A DNA stretch of 64,000 bases, taken from Sedimentisphaerales bacterium. Lineage in GTDB: Bacteria; Planctomycetota; Phycisphaerae; Sedimentisphaerales; SM23-30. Below, piece by piece: positions 1 to 9,247 of the stretch. How positions within the stretch are numbered: the first letter of the stretch is position 1; the number at the start of each line of letters is the position of its first letter. Position numbers and translations under genes: made by a program. The notes under the pieces were generated by a model. The model did no database searches and had not been told where the DNA came from. It worked only from the letters and a program-made list of their open reading frames with translations. The stretch is taken from assembly GCA_963663965.2 (NCBI GenBank), contig CAXXFK010000023.1, positions 1 through 64,000 of the forward strand. The letters are read 5' to 3'.

Positions 1-68
1 TGTTATATTTTTATTTCAATTCCCTATTCTTTAATCCTGTCTAAAAAGGCAGCACTATGTTTTTTCAC

Positions 69-620
69 CTTCGTGTAGCGCCGCAGGCGTACTTCGTGTA
101 GCCGAAGGCGCTTCGTGGTCCAACCGGCCGTTATATTCTTTCAAATCTCAAATCCCTTTCCCCAAGTGCCACGGCCATTTCGACCGTGATTCTTCCCCCG
201 TGGCATGGGCATCTTGCCCATGATTTCCAACGTACCACGGCCATCCCGACCGTGATTCTCCCCCGTAACACAGCCATCTTGCCCATGACCTATACCCAAC
301 CCACACTCCATCCGTGTCAGTCCGTGCAGGTCCGTGACCGTCCGTGTCCCACCAATCCCCCCCAAAATCCTTCCTGCCTTTTCCTCTGTGACCTCGGTGC
401 CCTCTGTGGTTCAACCGGCTGTTATATTTTAATTAACCGCCTCATCGCAAATCATCTCTCTAATTCCAACTAATATTCATCGCACACCTGAAGCCCGACA
501 GGGTCGAAGATCCGCCTCAGGCGGGCTGCCAGTTTCTAGCCGGGACCGCCAGGCCGCCGGACACCATCTCATCCCACACCCCAAAGCCCTGAAAGGGCGA
601 AAGACAATAACACGAATCCC
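69..620. repeat. Intergenic field of short modular repeats and REP-like palindromes
   Basis: CTTCGTG x3 (69-120); imperfect direct repeat CCACGGCCAT..CGACCGTGATTCT..CATCTTGCCCATGA twice (~169-290); TCCGTG x4 at 10-bp period (~311-348); CCTCTGTG-type units (~383-410); AACCGGCYGTTATATT at 122-137 and 413-428; TCCGCCTCAGGCGG hairpin (~510-525); GCCCTGAAAGGGC palindrome (~586-598). Confidence 0.7.
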
Positions 621-705
621 CCCCTGCATTAATCCACCAGAAATCCCAGTCATCGAGTCGAACAAAAAAACATAATAACATCCGCCGTTTCCGGATCATA
701 CCCCA

Positions 706-1965
706 TCACTCCCCCCCCATCATGATATTGATATTGTATGGGCAATCCCCCATGGCTGCCCCCCCTTTTTTTCCATGGCCTCCCTTTCTCCCCATCATAG
801 CTGCCCCCTTTCTTCCCGCATTTCTCCATCCCCAATCATCTCCGGCGCCATCTCCCGCAAACCGCGCCATCACCCGCTCCCTGCTCTCCCCCATCGCTAT
901 CAACAACCCGCCGTAATATTCGGTCGTAGCCCTCAAATACGGATGCTCACGCCCGTTGCGCCGGGTAAAATCGATAAAAATCTCGACTGTTCGCTTCATC
1001 AGCGGTTCCGCCTCCAACAGACGATTTGTTGATATATACAATTGCGCCAGATTGTTCAGACGAATAGCCACCACCGGATGGTCCGGGCCATAGAACACCT
1101 CATCAATCGCTAACGCCCGCAACATTAACGGCTCCGCCTCTAACAGACGATTCGTCGCGTGATACAACAACGCCAGATTATTCAGGGCTTGGGCCACCTT
1201 GCAATGATCCGGGCTATAGAATGCCTCAAAGATCACGAACGCGCGCATCATCAGCGGCTCTGCCTCACCCAAACGATTCATCGCGTGATACAACAACGCC
1301 AGATTGTTCAGGGCCCTGGCCACCTCGGGATGATCCGGGCCATAGAACACCTCATCAATCGCTAACGCCCGCAACATCAGTGGCTCCGCCTCCATCAGAC
1401 GATTCGTATCTTGATACAATTGCGCCAGATTGTTCAGATGAATGGCCACATTGGGATGATCCGGGCCATAGGCTACCTTATCTATCGCCAACGCCCGCAA
1501 CATCTGCGGCTCCGCCTCCGCCAGACGATTCGTTGCTTGATAAAATGACGCCAGATTATTGATCTGGCCCGCCAGCCGGTTGGCAATACTTTCAGGTATC
1601 TGATCAGTCTTCGGCCATAACTGCTCAGTAAAAGCAAACAATCCGCTCAGATGCTGATCCATCTGACGATGCCAGCGATACATTGTTTTGATGGCCTCAT
1701 CATAATCTGGACAATCCTCATGAATCATCGCCAGTACCAGCCCGACAAACGCTTCCACATGGTCACGCCCCAGTTTCAGCCGCACCGTCTCTTGCACCAG
1801 CCGGTGCATCCCAAAGCAATCCTTGCCTCCCTCATCCCTCTTGATCATACTATACCCCGCCAGTTCTGCCAGCGCCCCCCTCCACGCCATCCGCCTTTTC
1901 CACTTCGCTCTTTGCCCGATATCCACCCTCGTCAAACTCACCATCCAATATCCCCGCCGCCTCAA
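706..1965 (-). CDS. C-terminal part (winged-helix MHRLVQ motif + TPR array) of a frameshifted NB-ARC/TPR NLR-like protein
   Basis: 42-aa TPR units (LNNLA.LY..TNRL.EAEPLM.RALAIDE..YGPDHP.VA); GMHRLVQ motif; overlaps ORF 1850-3697 and joins it if one base is removed from the C6 run at 1875-1880. The listed start is not a real start. Confidence 0.85.
   Translation of the reverse strand: MRRRGYWMVSLTRVDIGQRAKWKRRMAWRGALAELAGYSMIKRDEGGKDCFGMHRLVQETVRLKLGRDHVEAFVGLVLAMIHEDCPDYDEAIKTMYRWHRQMDQHLSGLFAFTEQLWPKTDQIPESIANRLAGQINNLASFYQATNRLAEAEPQMLRALAIDKVAYGPDHPNVAIHLNNLAQLYQDTNRLMEAEPLMLRALAIDEVFYGPDHPEVARALNNLALLYHAMNRLGEAEPLMMRAFVIFEAFYSPDHCKVAQALNNLALLYHATNRLLEAEPLMLRALAIDEVFYGPDHPVVAIRLNNLAQLYISTNRLLEAEPLMKRTVEIFIDFTRRNGREHPYLRATTEYYGGLLIAMGESRERVMARFAGDGAGDDWGWRNAGRKGAAMMGRKGGHGKKGGAAMGDCPYNINIMMGGE
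990..1575 (-). repeat. 126-bp tandem repeats encoding TPR units
   Basis: TCCGGGCYATAG recurs at 1082, 1208, 1334 and 1460, an exact 126-nt period. Confidence 0.9.
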
Positions 1966-3697
1966 AAACCCTATCCGGATAATTTATAAACAACGCCGCC
2001 GGAATCTGCTCTGGCGCCAGAAAAGCCGCCAGTGTCATCACCGCCCTCGCTACCGCCCCCAGTTGCTGCTCCGTCAACGCCCAGACCGTCAATACCGGCT
2101 TGAAATCCTCCCCCAGCCCGCTCAATACTTCATCAAATCCCAGCAGTGTATCCGCCATTTCCCGATAACGCCCCAGGTACTCCTCAAACGCTATCCGCCG
2201 GTAATTGATATAAGCCGCCGCCTGTTCCAGCGCCACCGGCAGCCCATCCAACACCTTCGCCAGTTCCTCAACCTGCTCCCCATCATTCTTCCGTTCTGCC
2301 CGTTTCCCCTTCGTCTTCGCCGGCAGATACTCAATCGACGCCCTCTCCGACAATTTCTCCAGTTCCAGGCAGGCTATCGTACCTCCCAAACTCTGCAACC
2401 GCGAAGTCACGATCACCTTCCCACCCGCCATACTCGCCAGCCGCGTTACCATCTCCCTCACCGCCGCCGCCATCTCCGGCTCATCCACATTATCGAACAC
2501 CACCAGCCACTTTTCCCGCTCGCCCAGCTTTTTCAACACCGCCCCCACCGCCGCCTCCGGATCATCCAGCGGATATCCCGCCACTTCCAGCAGGTCCGCC
2601 CGCCCCAGCTTGCCCATCTCCACCATCAGCCGCTCCCTCGCCCCCCGCCTGACCTGCTCCTGTTCATCACCCCCCATCGTTTTTTGATCCCGTTCCTTAC
2701 CCTTCTCCTGCCCGCAGTTCACAAACAACACCGCCCGATACAACCCCTCCTGTAATCCATACCACCCATACTCCACCGCCAACCGCGTCTTGCCAATCCC
2801 TCCCAGCCCGCCAATCGCCTGCGTAATCGCCATCGCCCCACCCGCCCCATCCAGCTTCGTCTTGAGCGAGTTAAAATCCTCCTCACGCCCCTTGAATAAA
2901 TCTCCCAGCGAATCCCACGGAATATTTTGTATTATCCTATCCGAAATATCCGTTTTAGGATTTTCTCTATTGTGATAATGGTGCTCATGCTTCTCCTTGA
3001 TATAATCGCCTTCCACATATATCCCACCATCACCAATGTTCCCGACCCTGCCACGGTCTTTGACAATAACGCCGAGCCCGCTTACGATATCCCCCGGCGC
3101 CAATGCCAAATCACCAAAATATTTTTTCACCGCTTCAATAACCGTCTCAATCACCCGGTCCGACTCCCCGGTAATATGCCCGGCCAACTCCTCCGTCTGT
3201 TCATCCAGCATCTCCTCAAATGCCTCCCGATTCTCCCCGATATAAGCAATAATCCCATCCAATATCTTTGGCTGTTCATCCAGCATCTTTGCTACACAAC
3301 CCTGTATCGCCTCCAATTGTTCCGCCTGCCTGTCTTGTTCATCCCGGATCACCCCCAGCGTCGCATTATTAAACGACACCACCTGATTCAAAAATCCCAT
3401 CCGCTCGTCAAACACTTCCTGCAAGTTCACCCAGTAATACTCCTTCACCTCCTCATCCGCCAACCTCGCCTTGGCGGCCAGATACTCGATCAACCGTTCC
3501 TTCTGTTCCGCCTCACTCTTCCCTTTCAACGCCTTCCCCATCGTCAGCCCGAAAAAACCGGCCGCCGCCCCCACCGCCACCGGTATCCCCGCCATCACGC
3601 CCCCATCCATACCATGTGCGTATAGACACGCAAATGCCACATTACTATAAAAAGTCACCGCCGTATCATACAGGACCTTCCAAAACTGCTTTTTCAT
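1850..3697 (-). CDS. N-terminal part of NLR-like STAND NTPase (hydrophobic/coiled-coil N-terminus + NB-ARC-like domain), frameshifted
   Basis: Walker A GLGGIGKT, Walker B WLVVFDNVD, VIVTSR, LDGLPVALEQAAAYI; start taken at ATG 3697 (MKKQFW) behind a purine-rich RBS-like sequence. Confidence 0.85.
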   Translation of the reverse strand: MKKQFWKVLYDTAVTFYSNVAFACLYAHGMDGGVMAGIPVAVGAAAGFFGLTMGKALKGKSEAEQKERLIEYLAAKARLADEEVKEYYWVNLQEVFDERMGFLNQVVSFNNATLGVIRDEQDRQAEQLEAIQGCVAKMLDEQPKILDGIIAYIGENREAFEEMLDEQTEELAGHITGESDRVIETVIEAVKKYFGDLALAPGDIVSGLGVIVKDRGRVGNIGDGGIYVEGDYIKEKHEHHYHNRENPKTDISDRIIQNIPWDSLGDLFKGREEDFNSLKTKLDGAGGAMAITQAIGGLGGIGKTRLAVEYGWYGLQEGLYRAVLFVNCGQEKGKERDQKTMGGDEQEQVRRGARERLMVEMGKLGRADLLEVAGYPLDDPEAAVGAVLKKLGEREKWLVVFDNVDEPEMAAAVREMVTRLASMAGGKVIVTSRLQSLGGTIACLELEKLSERASIEYLPAKTKGKRAERKNDGEQVEELAKVLDGLPVALEQAAAYINYRRIAFEEYLGRYREMADTLLGFDEVLSGLGEDFKPVLTVWALTEQQLGAVARAVMTLAAFLAPEQIPAALFINYPDRVFEAAGILDGEFDEGGYRAKSEVEKADGVEGGAGRTGGV

Positions 3698-4099
3698 ATT
3701 TCCACCTGAATCTTTTGAACACAAAACAGAATCCATCAAACCTGTCCCTCCATTCTACCCCAATCCCCCAATAATTACCAGCATCCATAATTTCAATAAC
3801 AATCCCGCCATACTCCCCAGCCCGTTAATTATTCAAAAAAACCACAAATAATATTTGACTATTACAAAACACAACACTATAATTACACAATTGGTAAACC
3901 TCCCCCCAAAAAGCCCACCCAACCCAGGCTCTTTGAAAACTAAATAAATACCCACCCACAAATAGGGCCGCCCAGCACAGCTGTGTCTTCCCCGGCCGAT
4001 CGCTTGCCCCCATACAACTTGCCTGCTTACTTTTTGCCATTTCCTCTTTGCGCCTTTCCAACTTTTCGTCTCTACGACTTTTTGCCTATTCGCCTTTTT

Positions 4100-4720
4100 G
4101 TCTTGTTCCCAAACGAACCCAATCACAAAAATGATCTCTATCTCACTGTAATAAAAAAGGTTATCACAATTATTTTAAAAAAAGACACAGCCTTATCAAC
4201 ACCCCAAACCAAGCCTCCGGCCCTTCGTGTAGCGCCGCAGGTCGTAGATCCGCCTCAGGAGGACACTCTTCGTGAAGCCGCCGGCGCTTCGTGGTTCACA
4301 CTTTTTCTCTCTTTAAGTTTTCTGCCCCAATCAAATTCAAGCCCCATCTTCCCGGCCGTTCTCTCCACTATCTTAACTAACTACAAAGTAAAAACCGGCT
4401 GTTATATTCCGGATTTCCATCTTCCGCCTTGTCCAACACCCCCCAACCCAAACGAACCCAATCCACAAAAAATCACCCGCATCCCATTTAATAACAGACA
4501 ATTACCGCACTCCACCGCTATCATTCTCAATCTTCATGAACTTCATGCTCTTCATGTCGAAGATCCGCCATGGCGGAGTAAAACCGGCTGTCATATTCCA
4601 GCTTTCCGCCTTATCCTGATACAATCCCCCCCCAACCCAAACGAACCCAATCAATAAAAAATGAGCTTTAACGTATTATATAATAAATTGTTAAACATTT
4701 TTATTCGCATTCATTCGTGA
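4100..4720. repeat. Second intergenic repeat field, including a ~75-bp imperfect direct repeat and three CCCAAACGAACCCAATC copies
   Basis: CCCAAACGAACCCAATC at 4108-4124, 4447-4463, 4636-4652; ~4388-4463 resembles ~4578-4652; CTTCGTGTAGCGCCGCAGG at ~4223 identical to the copy at ~69; CTTCATG x3 at ~4532-4557. Confidence 0.75.
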
Positions 4721-4900
4721 TTCTCTTAACAAAGAACCATGTTAATTTAAATAATCTGGGCAATTTGGCTAATTTTACACAATTCCCATCGATTTCACTT
4801 TAATCCTCCCACGCTTTCTGCTAAGATGACCACCATAGTTCAAGAATCTCCAGCGGGCCATTCGCCCAGCTCAATATAATGTGAGAAAAGGAAGTTCACA

Positions 4901-6946
4901 TTGGCGGCGCAAGAACAGGAAAATGTCCAACCACCGGCCGAAAATCCATCCGGCGAGCACGAAAAACTCGTCCCGGCCGCCTCTCCCGCCTCTCCAATCC
5001 GCCCCCTGACCCGCGCCACCCTCATCCTCTTTACCGCAACGCTCGCCCTCTTACTCACCCGTTACCTCATCCTGCCCCATCTGCCCGATTCACTCCATAT
5101 CCACCAGCAAATCGGCTTCGACCTCAGCAATATCGAAACCGCCCCCACCCGCTGGCCCGGCTTCGCCCAGAAGCAATTTCTCGATATCGAAGAAATCTGC
5201 CAGACCCAGATGCCGCGCCTCCATCGCCACCTCAAAATAACTTCACCCAGGCCCGGCGCCCTTCAGATCAACGGAACGTTCAACGCCGCCACCCATCCCG
5301 GCGGCCCCATCAGCGATATCAACCAGCTCGCTCAGCTTTATATCGACAACTACACCCGCAAATTCGAAGCCCTCAATCCAAACGACGACCAGCTACCCGA
5401 GGATTATTCCGAAAAAGCCCTCCGGCAATGGATTCAGGAACAAAACCGGCAGCACACCGCCCTCCAGACCCGTTTCGTCACCCTGCTCGATGAATACAGC
5501 AAACTCGCCGTTAAGCTGATCGGCGCCGAACATCGCCTCGAAATGGCCTCCCGTACCATCACCCAGCCCAACTCCGATGAAGAATTCGAAACCTTCGCCG
5601 CCCAGCCCCTGGCCCAACAACTCAACGACGATCCCGAACTCGCCCAACTCCGCGACCAGCTCAACCAAATCGATACCGAACTGATGCTGCTCGAAAACAA
5701 AGCCACCCGCAACAATGGCAATCCCGATACCCTCGCCCTCGACCGCCGCATCCTCGAACTCAAACTTCAGAAAAACGACCTGCTCCAGCGCCGGAAAACC
5801 CAAACCGATAAACTCACCGCCGAACTCCGCCAGACCCTCTGGAACCAGTACGCCCAGACCCTCAAACAGCAGGCCGACGACACCATGAAACAGATCCGCG
5901 CCAACAACTACCAGCGCGAAATGCTGCAAGCCACCCTCAACCAGACCCAGAAACGCCTCGATTTCGTCCAGTCCTTCCTGCCCGAGCAACCCTCTGAACC
6001 CAACCAGAATGGGAAGAAACTCGCCGAACTCATCCTTCAGGATTTTCTCCCACCACTGGCCCGACAGCAATTCCAGCCCGAAATCAAACAACTGTTCAGC
6101 GCCATCCAGATCGCCTCCCTGTTCTCCTCCATCCTGCTGGGCGCCGCCCTCGGATTTCTCATCCGACTCCCCAAACGTACCCCGGATCATGCCCGGCCGC
6201 TTCTGGACGACGATCAACTGGAAAATGAAATAGCCTGGCCGGACTCACCTGCAGCAAAAAAGTCGTCGCTCCGCGATCCCGATCTCACCCCGGACGACCT
6301 CCGTTCCCCAACCCCAAAATCCCGCCATCGCGCCACCGACGCCATTGCCGCGCCGGTCCCCGGCGAAATCCAGTCCAACCGCTTTTACGACACCATCAGC
6401 CGCCAGATCGCCGAACGCATCCAGGAAGCCGGCCAATCCACCCCCACTACCATCACCCTGCTGGCGGCCCGCGATGAACTGGCCTCCCCGCGCGTCGCGA
6501 TCAATACCGGTATCGCCCTGACCCGGCGCCAGATCAAAACCCTACTGGTCGAACTCGACCACCACCAGCTTCTGTCCTCGGTCATTCTGCCCGAACTCAG
6601 TGAATCCACCCAGGGCATCTACGACTGGCTCGCCGGCCAGGTCGAAGAACTCCCCGTCTATCACAGCCCGCTCAAAAACCTGCTGTTCACCCCAACCGGC
6701 CAACAAAGCCAATCCCCGCAGGTCCGCCAGTGGTCCGACCTCAAAAAAATCGATAAAACCGAACTCGATTGCATCCTGATCTATTGCCCCAACGGATTCC
6801 GCAACGGCGAAGCCGATCTCCAATCCATGTCCGATCTGGTCATCGGCATGACCAATGCCAGACCATCCGAACCCGCGCCCGAATCACCTCGTACCAGACA
6901 ATACCTGGGCACTATCGACTGGCTCAACAACCAGTGGTCCATCTGA
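4901..6946 (+). CDS. Wzc/GumC-like membrane protein (TM, long coiled coil, TM, degenerate P-loop-like cytoplasmic domain)
   Basis: Two hydrophobic segments flank a Q/E/L-rich coiled coil; C-terminal PRVAINTGIALTRRQIKTLLVELD resembles the BY-kinase/MinD region but there is no intact GKS/T; TTG start. Confidence 0.55.
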   Translation: MAAQEQENVQPPAENPSGEHEKLVPAASPASPIRPLTRATLILFTATLALLLTRYLILPHLPDSLHIHQQIGFDLSNIETAPTRWPGFAQKQFLDIEEICQTQMPRLHRHLKITSPRPGALQINGTFNAATHPGGPISDINQLAQLYIDNYTRKFEALNPNDDQLPEDYSEKALRQWIQEQNRQHTALQTRFVTLLDEYSKLAVKLIGAEHRLEMASRTITQPNSDEEFETFAAQPLAQQLNDDPELAQLRDQLNQIDTELMLLENKATRNNGNPDTLALDRRILELKLQKNDLLQRRKTQTDKLTAELRQTLWNQYAQTLKQQADDTMKQIRANNYQREMLQATLNQTQKRLDFVQSFLPEQPSEPNQNGKKLAELILQDFLPPLARQQFQPEIKQLFSAIQIASLFSSILLGAALGFLIRLPKRTPDHARPLLDDDQLENEIAWPDSPAAKKSSLRDPDLTPDDLRSPTPKSRHRATDAIAAPVPGEIQSNRFYDTISRQIAERIQEAGQSTPTTITLLAARDELASPRVAINTGIALTRRQIKTLLVELDHHQLLSSVILPELSESTQGIYDWLAGQVEELPVYHSPLKNLLFTPTGQQSQSPQVRQWSDLKKIDKTELDCILIYCPNGFRNGEADLQSMSDLVIGMTNARPSEPAPESPRTRQYLGTIDWLNNQWSI

Positions 6947-7114
6947 TCCCATGGCGGCAATTAGAGGGCAAAGGTTGTGTAACCCCATTTTTTACATACA
7001 TTTAACTGGAAAAAAATCCATTTATCGCTATAGAATAGGGCAAATTCTGCCGAAATGCTCATAATGGAACCCTTAAATTCAGCTATTTATGAAATATTAA
7101 TTTAAAGGTGTATC

Positions 7115-8089
7115 ATGCTTAAAAAATCCACGCTCTTCGTCACTCTGGCCCTGCTGGGCTTTACCGTCATTATCGGATGCAACGATGTCAAAAAGGTCGG
7201 CCCCCATTTCAAAAAAGGCCAGATCATCCAGAAAAAAGTCACCCTGAAAAGTAACCTGCTAATGATGTTCCCCAACAGTGACAACAAATCCACCGAAATG
7301 ATACTGAAAATACAGGTTCTCGATGTGGATAAAGAGGGCAACTCCCAGGTTCAGGTAACCGTCGATTCCATCAAAGCGGATTTTCTAACCCTGGGCCGCA
7401 AATTCAACTTCGATAGCGATGTCAAGCTCGACGATAAACCCCAGTCCACCAATAAAACCCTCGCCGGCCAGCAGGAAAAATTCAATGCCGCCTTCAAAGA
7501 CGTCAAAGGCCAGCAATACACCGCCGTTATCAACGATCAGGGCAAAGTGATTGAACTGAAAGATTTTACCCCAAAACTCAAATCTCTCGCCTGCGAATCC
7601 GCCAAACCCGACATGCTCGGGGGCGATCAGGTCCGCATGCTCTTCACCGAAAATAACTTAAAAGAATATGTCTCGCCCGTTCTCTATAACGGCGTAACCC
7701 CCATCGAAGGCGAAAAACAGAAAACCCGGGCCCCCGGATCTATCTTTGTCCCTTACTGCCCCTTGGTGGCCACCACTAAAATCTACACTCTGGATCCTAA
7801 GAATACCAATCCGGCCGGCGAAATCGAAGCCCCCTTCACTATCGAAATGGCCGAAAAACAACCGACCGATTCGCCCTATCACACCGGCAGCAGCTTTGAC
7901 GTAACTTATTGTAATGGCGAAGGTAAAGTCTTTTACTCTGCCAAATCCCAAAAAATCGTCCGGCTCCAGGAAAAAACCACTGTCGGCGTCCGTTCTTCGT
8001 CCGCGCCACCGCGCACAGACAAAGATGGCAAAGAAAGACCCAAACCAAAGATCGAATACATCGTGGACAAGCTGATCGAAGAACTGTAA
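7115..8089 (+). CDS. Lipoprotein, DUF6263-like
   Basis: Signal peptide ending IIGC; beta-rich pattern (IQVLDVDKEGNSQVQVTVDSIK...FNFDSD); family recognised by eye only. Confidence 0.6.
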   Translation: MLKKSTLFVTLALLGFTVIIGCNDVKKVGPHFKKGQIIQKKVTLKSNLLMMFPNSDNKSTEMILKIQVLDVDKEGNSQVQVTVDSIKADFLTLGRKFNFDSDVKLDDKPQSTNKTLAGQQEKFNAAFKDVKGQQYTAVINDQGKVIELKDFTPKLKSLACESAKPDMLGGDQVRMLFTENNLKEYVSPVLYNGVTPIEGEKQKTRAPGSIFVPYCPLVATTKIYTLDPKNTNPAGEIEAPFTIEMAEKQPTDSPYHTGSSFDVTYCNGEGKVFYSAKSQKIVRLQEKTTVGVRSSSAPPRTDKDGKERPKPKIEYIVDKLIEEL

Positions 8090-8155
8090 AATAGCCCCGG
8101 TTACGAATTTAATTACTATGTTCACCTAAATACTGATGTTCTAGGAGAAATTATT

Positions 8156-9169
8156 ATGAAATTATTCTATCGTCTGGCACTGATCGTAGTCATGGCAACC
8201 GTCATCTTTTTGTCTGGCTGCAGCTCTAACGCGCCGGCGCTGCGCTGTGCTTATCAGATTGGAGACACCCAAACAATTACCTTTTCCACGGTGACGGAAT
8301 ACCAGACCTGGGTAAAAATGCCCGACAAAGACCCCACCGATCCCGATAAGCGCCAGACCATCAAAGATCTGACCCTCGACCGGACCGTCGAATCGGTTGA
8401 TGGCGATGGCAACGCCATTATGAATGTCACCTTCAAAAGCGTTAAACTTGTTATCGATACCAACGTGCGCAACGACCCCAAACACAAAGAATATTCCAAC
8501 GATGGCGACAAGTTCCTCTCCGACTGGCCCAAAGAACCCAAACTGGTTGGCAAATCCTATAAAATCAAAATTGCCCCGGATACCTCGGTTCTGGAAGTTA
8601 TCGGACTCAACGAGCTCACCCAGGCCCTGCGTCAGGAAATCAAACTCAAGGACGGTGATGAATTTTCCGGCGTCGTCTCCAGCCTGATTGATGAAAATGA
8701 AATCAAATCAGTGCATGAACGCGAATTTATGAAGTTTGCGCCGGCCAAAATTGCCATGGGCAAGCCTTATGTTAAAGTTATCCCGATTCCAGACAGCATG
8801 ATCAAAGCCCAGGCCATTCGCAAGATTTTCACGCCAACCGCCAGCGGCGACATGATCGAGGTCGTCTCAACGATTGAGCCGCTTTACCAGCTGCCCGAAG
8901 GCATGGAAGAACCGGAAGAACCCAATAATTTCGGTCAGGCCTTGATTAAAGACAAGAGCGACATGCAGGAATTGGAAATTGTGAATACCGGCAAACTCGA
9001 TGCCGTGACCAGAAAACAGTTAAGCGAAACGATCAAGCTGAACTGTGTGTTAATTCTGGATGGCGACAAATTAGGCTTCGGCAACCAGAATGCCAAGGAC
9101 AAACCCAAAGGCGCCGGCGGCGAAATGTTTACTACCATCAACAGCACAATCAGTTTTGAAGCCAAATAA
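8156..9169 (+). CDS. Lipoprotein, distant paralogue of the upstream gene (DUF6263-like)
   Basis: Lipobox LSGC; RTVESVDGDGNAIMNVTFKSVK aligns with the upstream protein; AGGAGA RBS. Confidence 0.6.
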   Translation: MKLFYRLALIVVMATVIFLSGCSSNAPALRCAYQIGDTQTITFSTVTEYQTWVKMPDKDPTDPDKRQTIKDLTLDRTVESVDGDGNAIMNVTFKSVKLVIDTNVRNDPKHKEYSNDGDKFLSDWPKEPKLVGKSYKIKIAPDTSVLEVIGLNELTQALRQEIKLKDGDEFSGVVSSLIDENEIKSVHEREFMKFAPAKIAMGKPYVKVIPIPDSMIKAQAIRKIFTPTASGDMIEVVSTIEPLYQLPEGMEEPEEPNNFGQALIKDKSDMQELEIVNTGKLDAVTRKQLSETIKLNCVLILDGDKLGFGNQNAKDKPKGAGGEMFTTINSTISFEAK

Positions 9170-9194
9170 ATTAACGCCGAAACAAACCCAAATT

Positions 9195-9227
9195 AAAAAA
9201 GGCTCCTGTCTAAGGGAGCCTTTTTTT
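9195..9227. terminator. Bidirectional rho-independent terminator
   Basis: A6-GGCTCC-N8-GGAGCC-T7 between convergent genes. Confidence 0.85.
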
Positions 9228-9247
9228 ATGGCAGGAAATCACTTTCC

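Noticed and set aside
69..430. Possible CRISPR array in the repeat fields
   Set aside because: Repeats are heterogeneous, not regularly spaced with unique spacers, and no cas genes are present.
990..1575. Diversity-generating retroelement template/variable repeat pair in the TPR array
   Set aside because: Repeats are in-frame tandem coding units, differences are not adenine-specific, and no reverse transcriptase is in the window.
3983..4657. 224-aa ORF with repeated PNEPN and KTGC.IP
   Set aside because: It is the translation of the non-coding DNA repeats; no RBS or coding-like composition.
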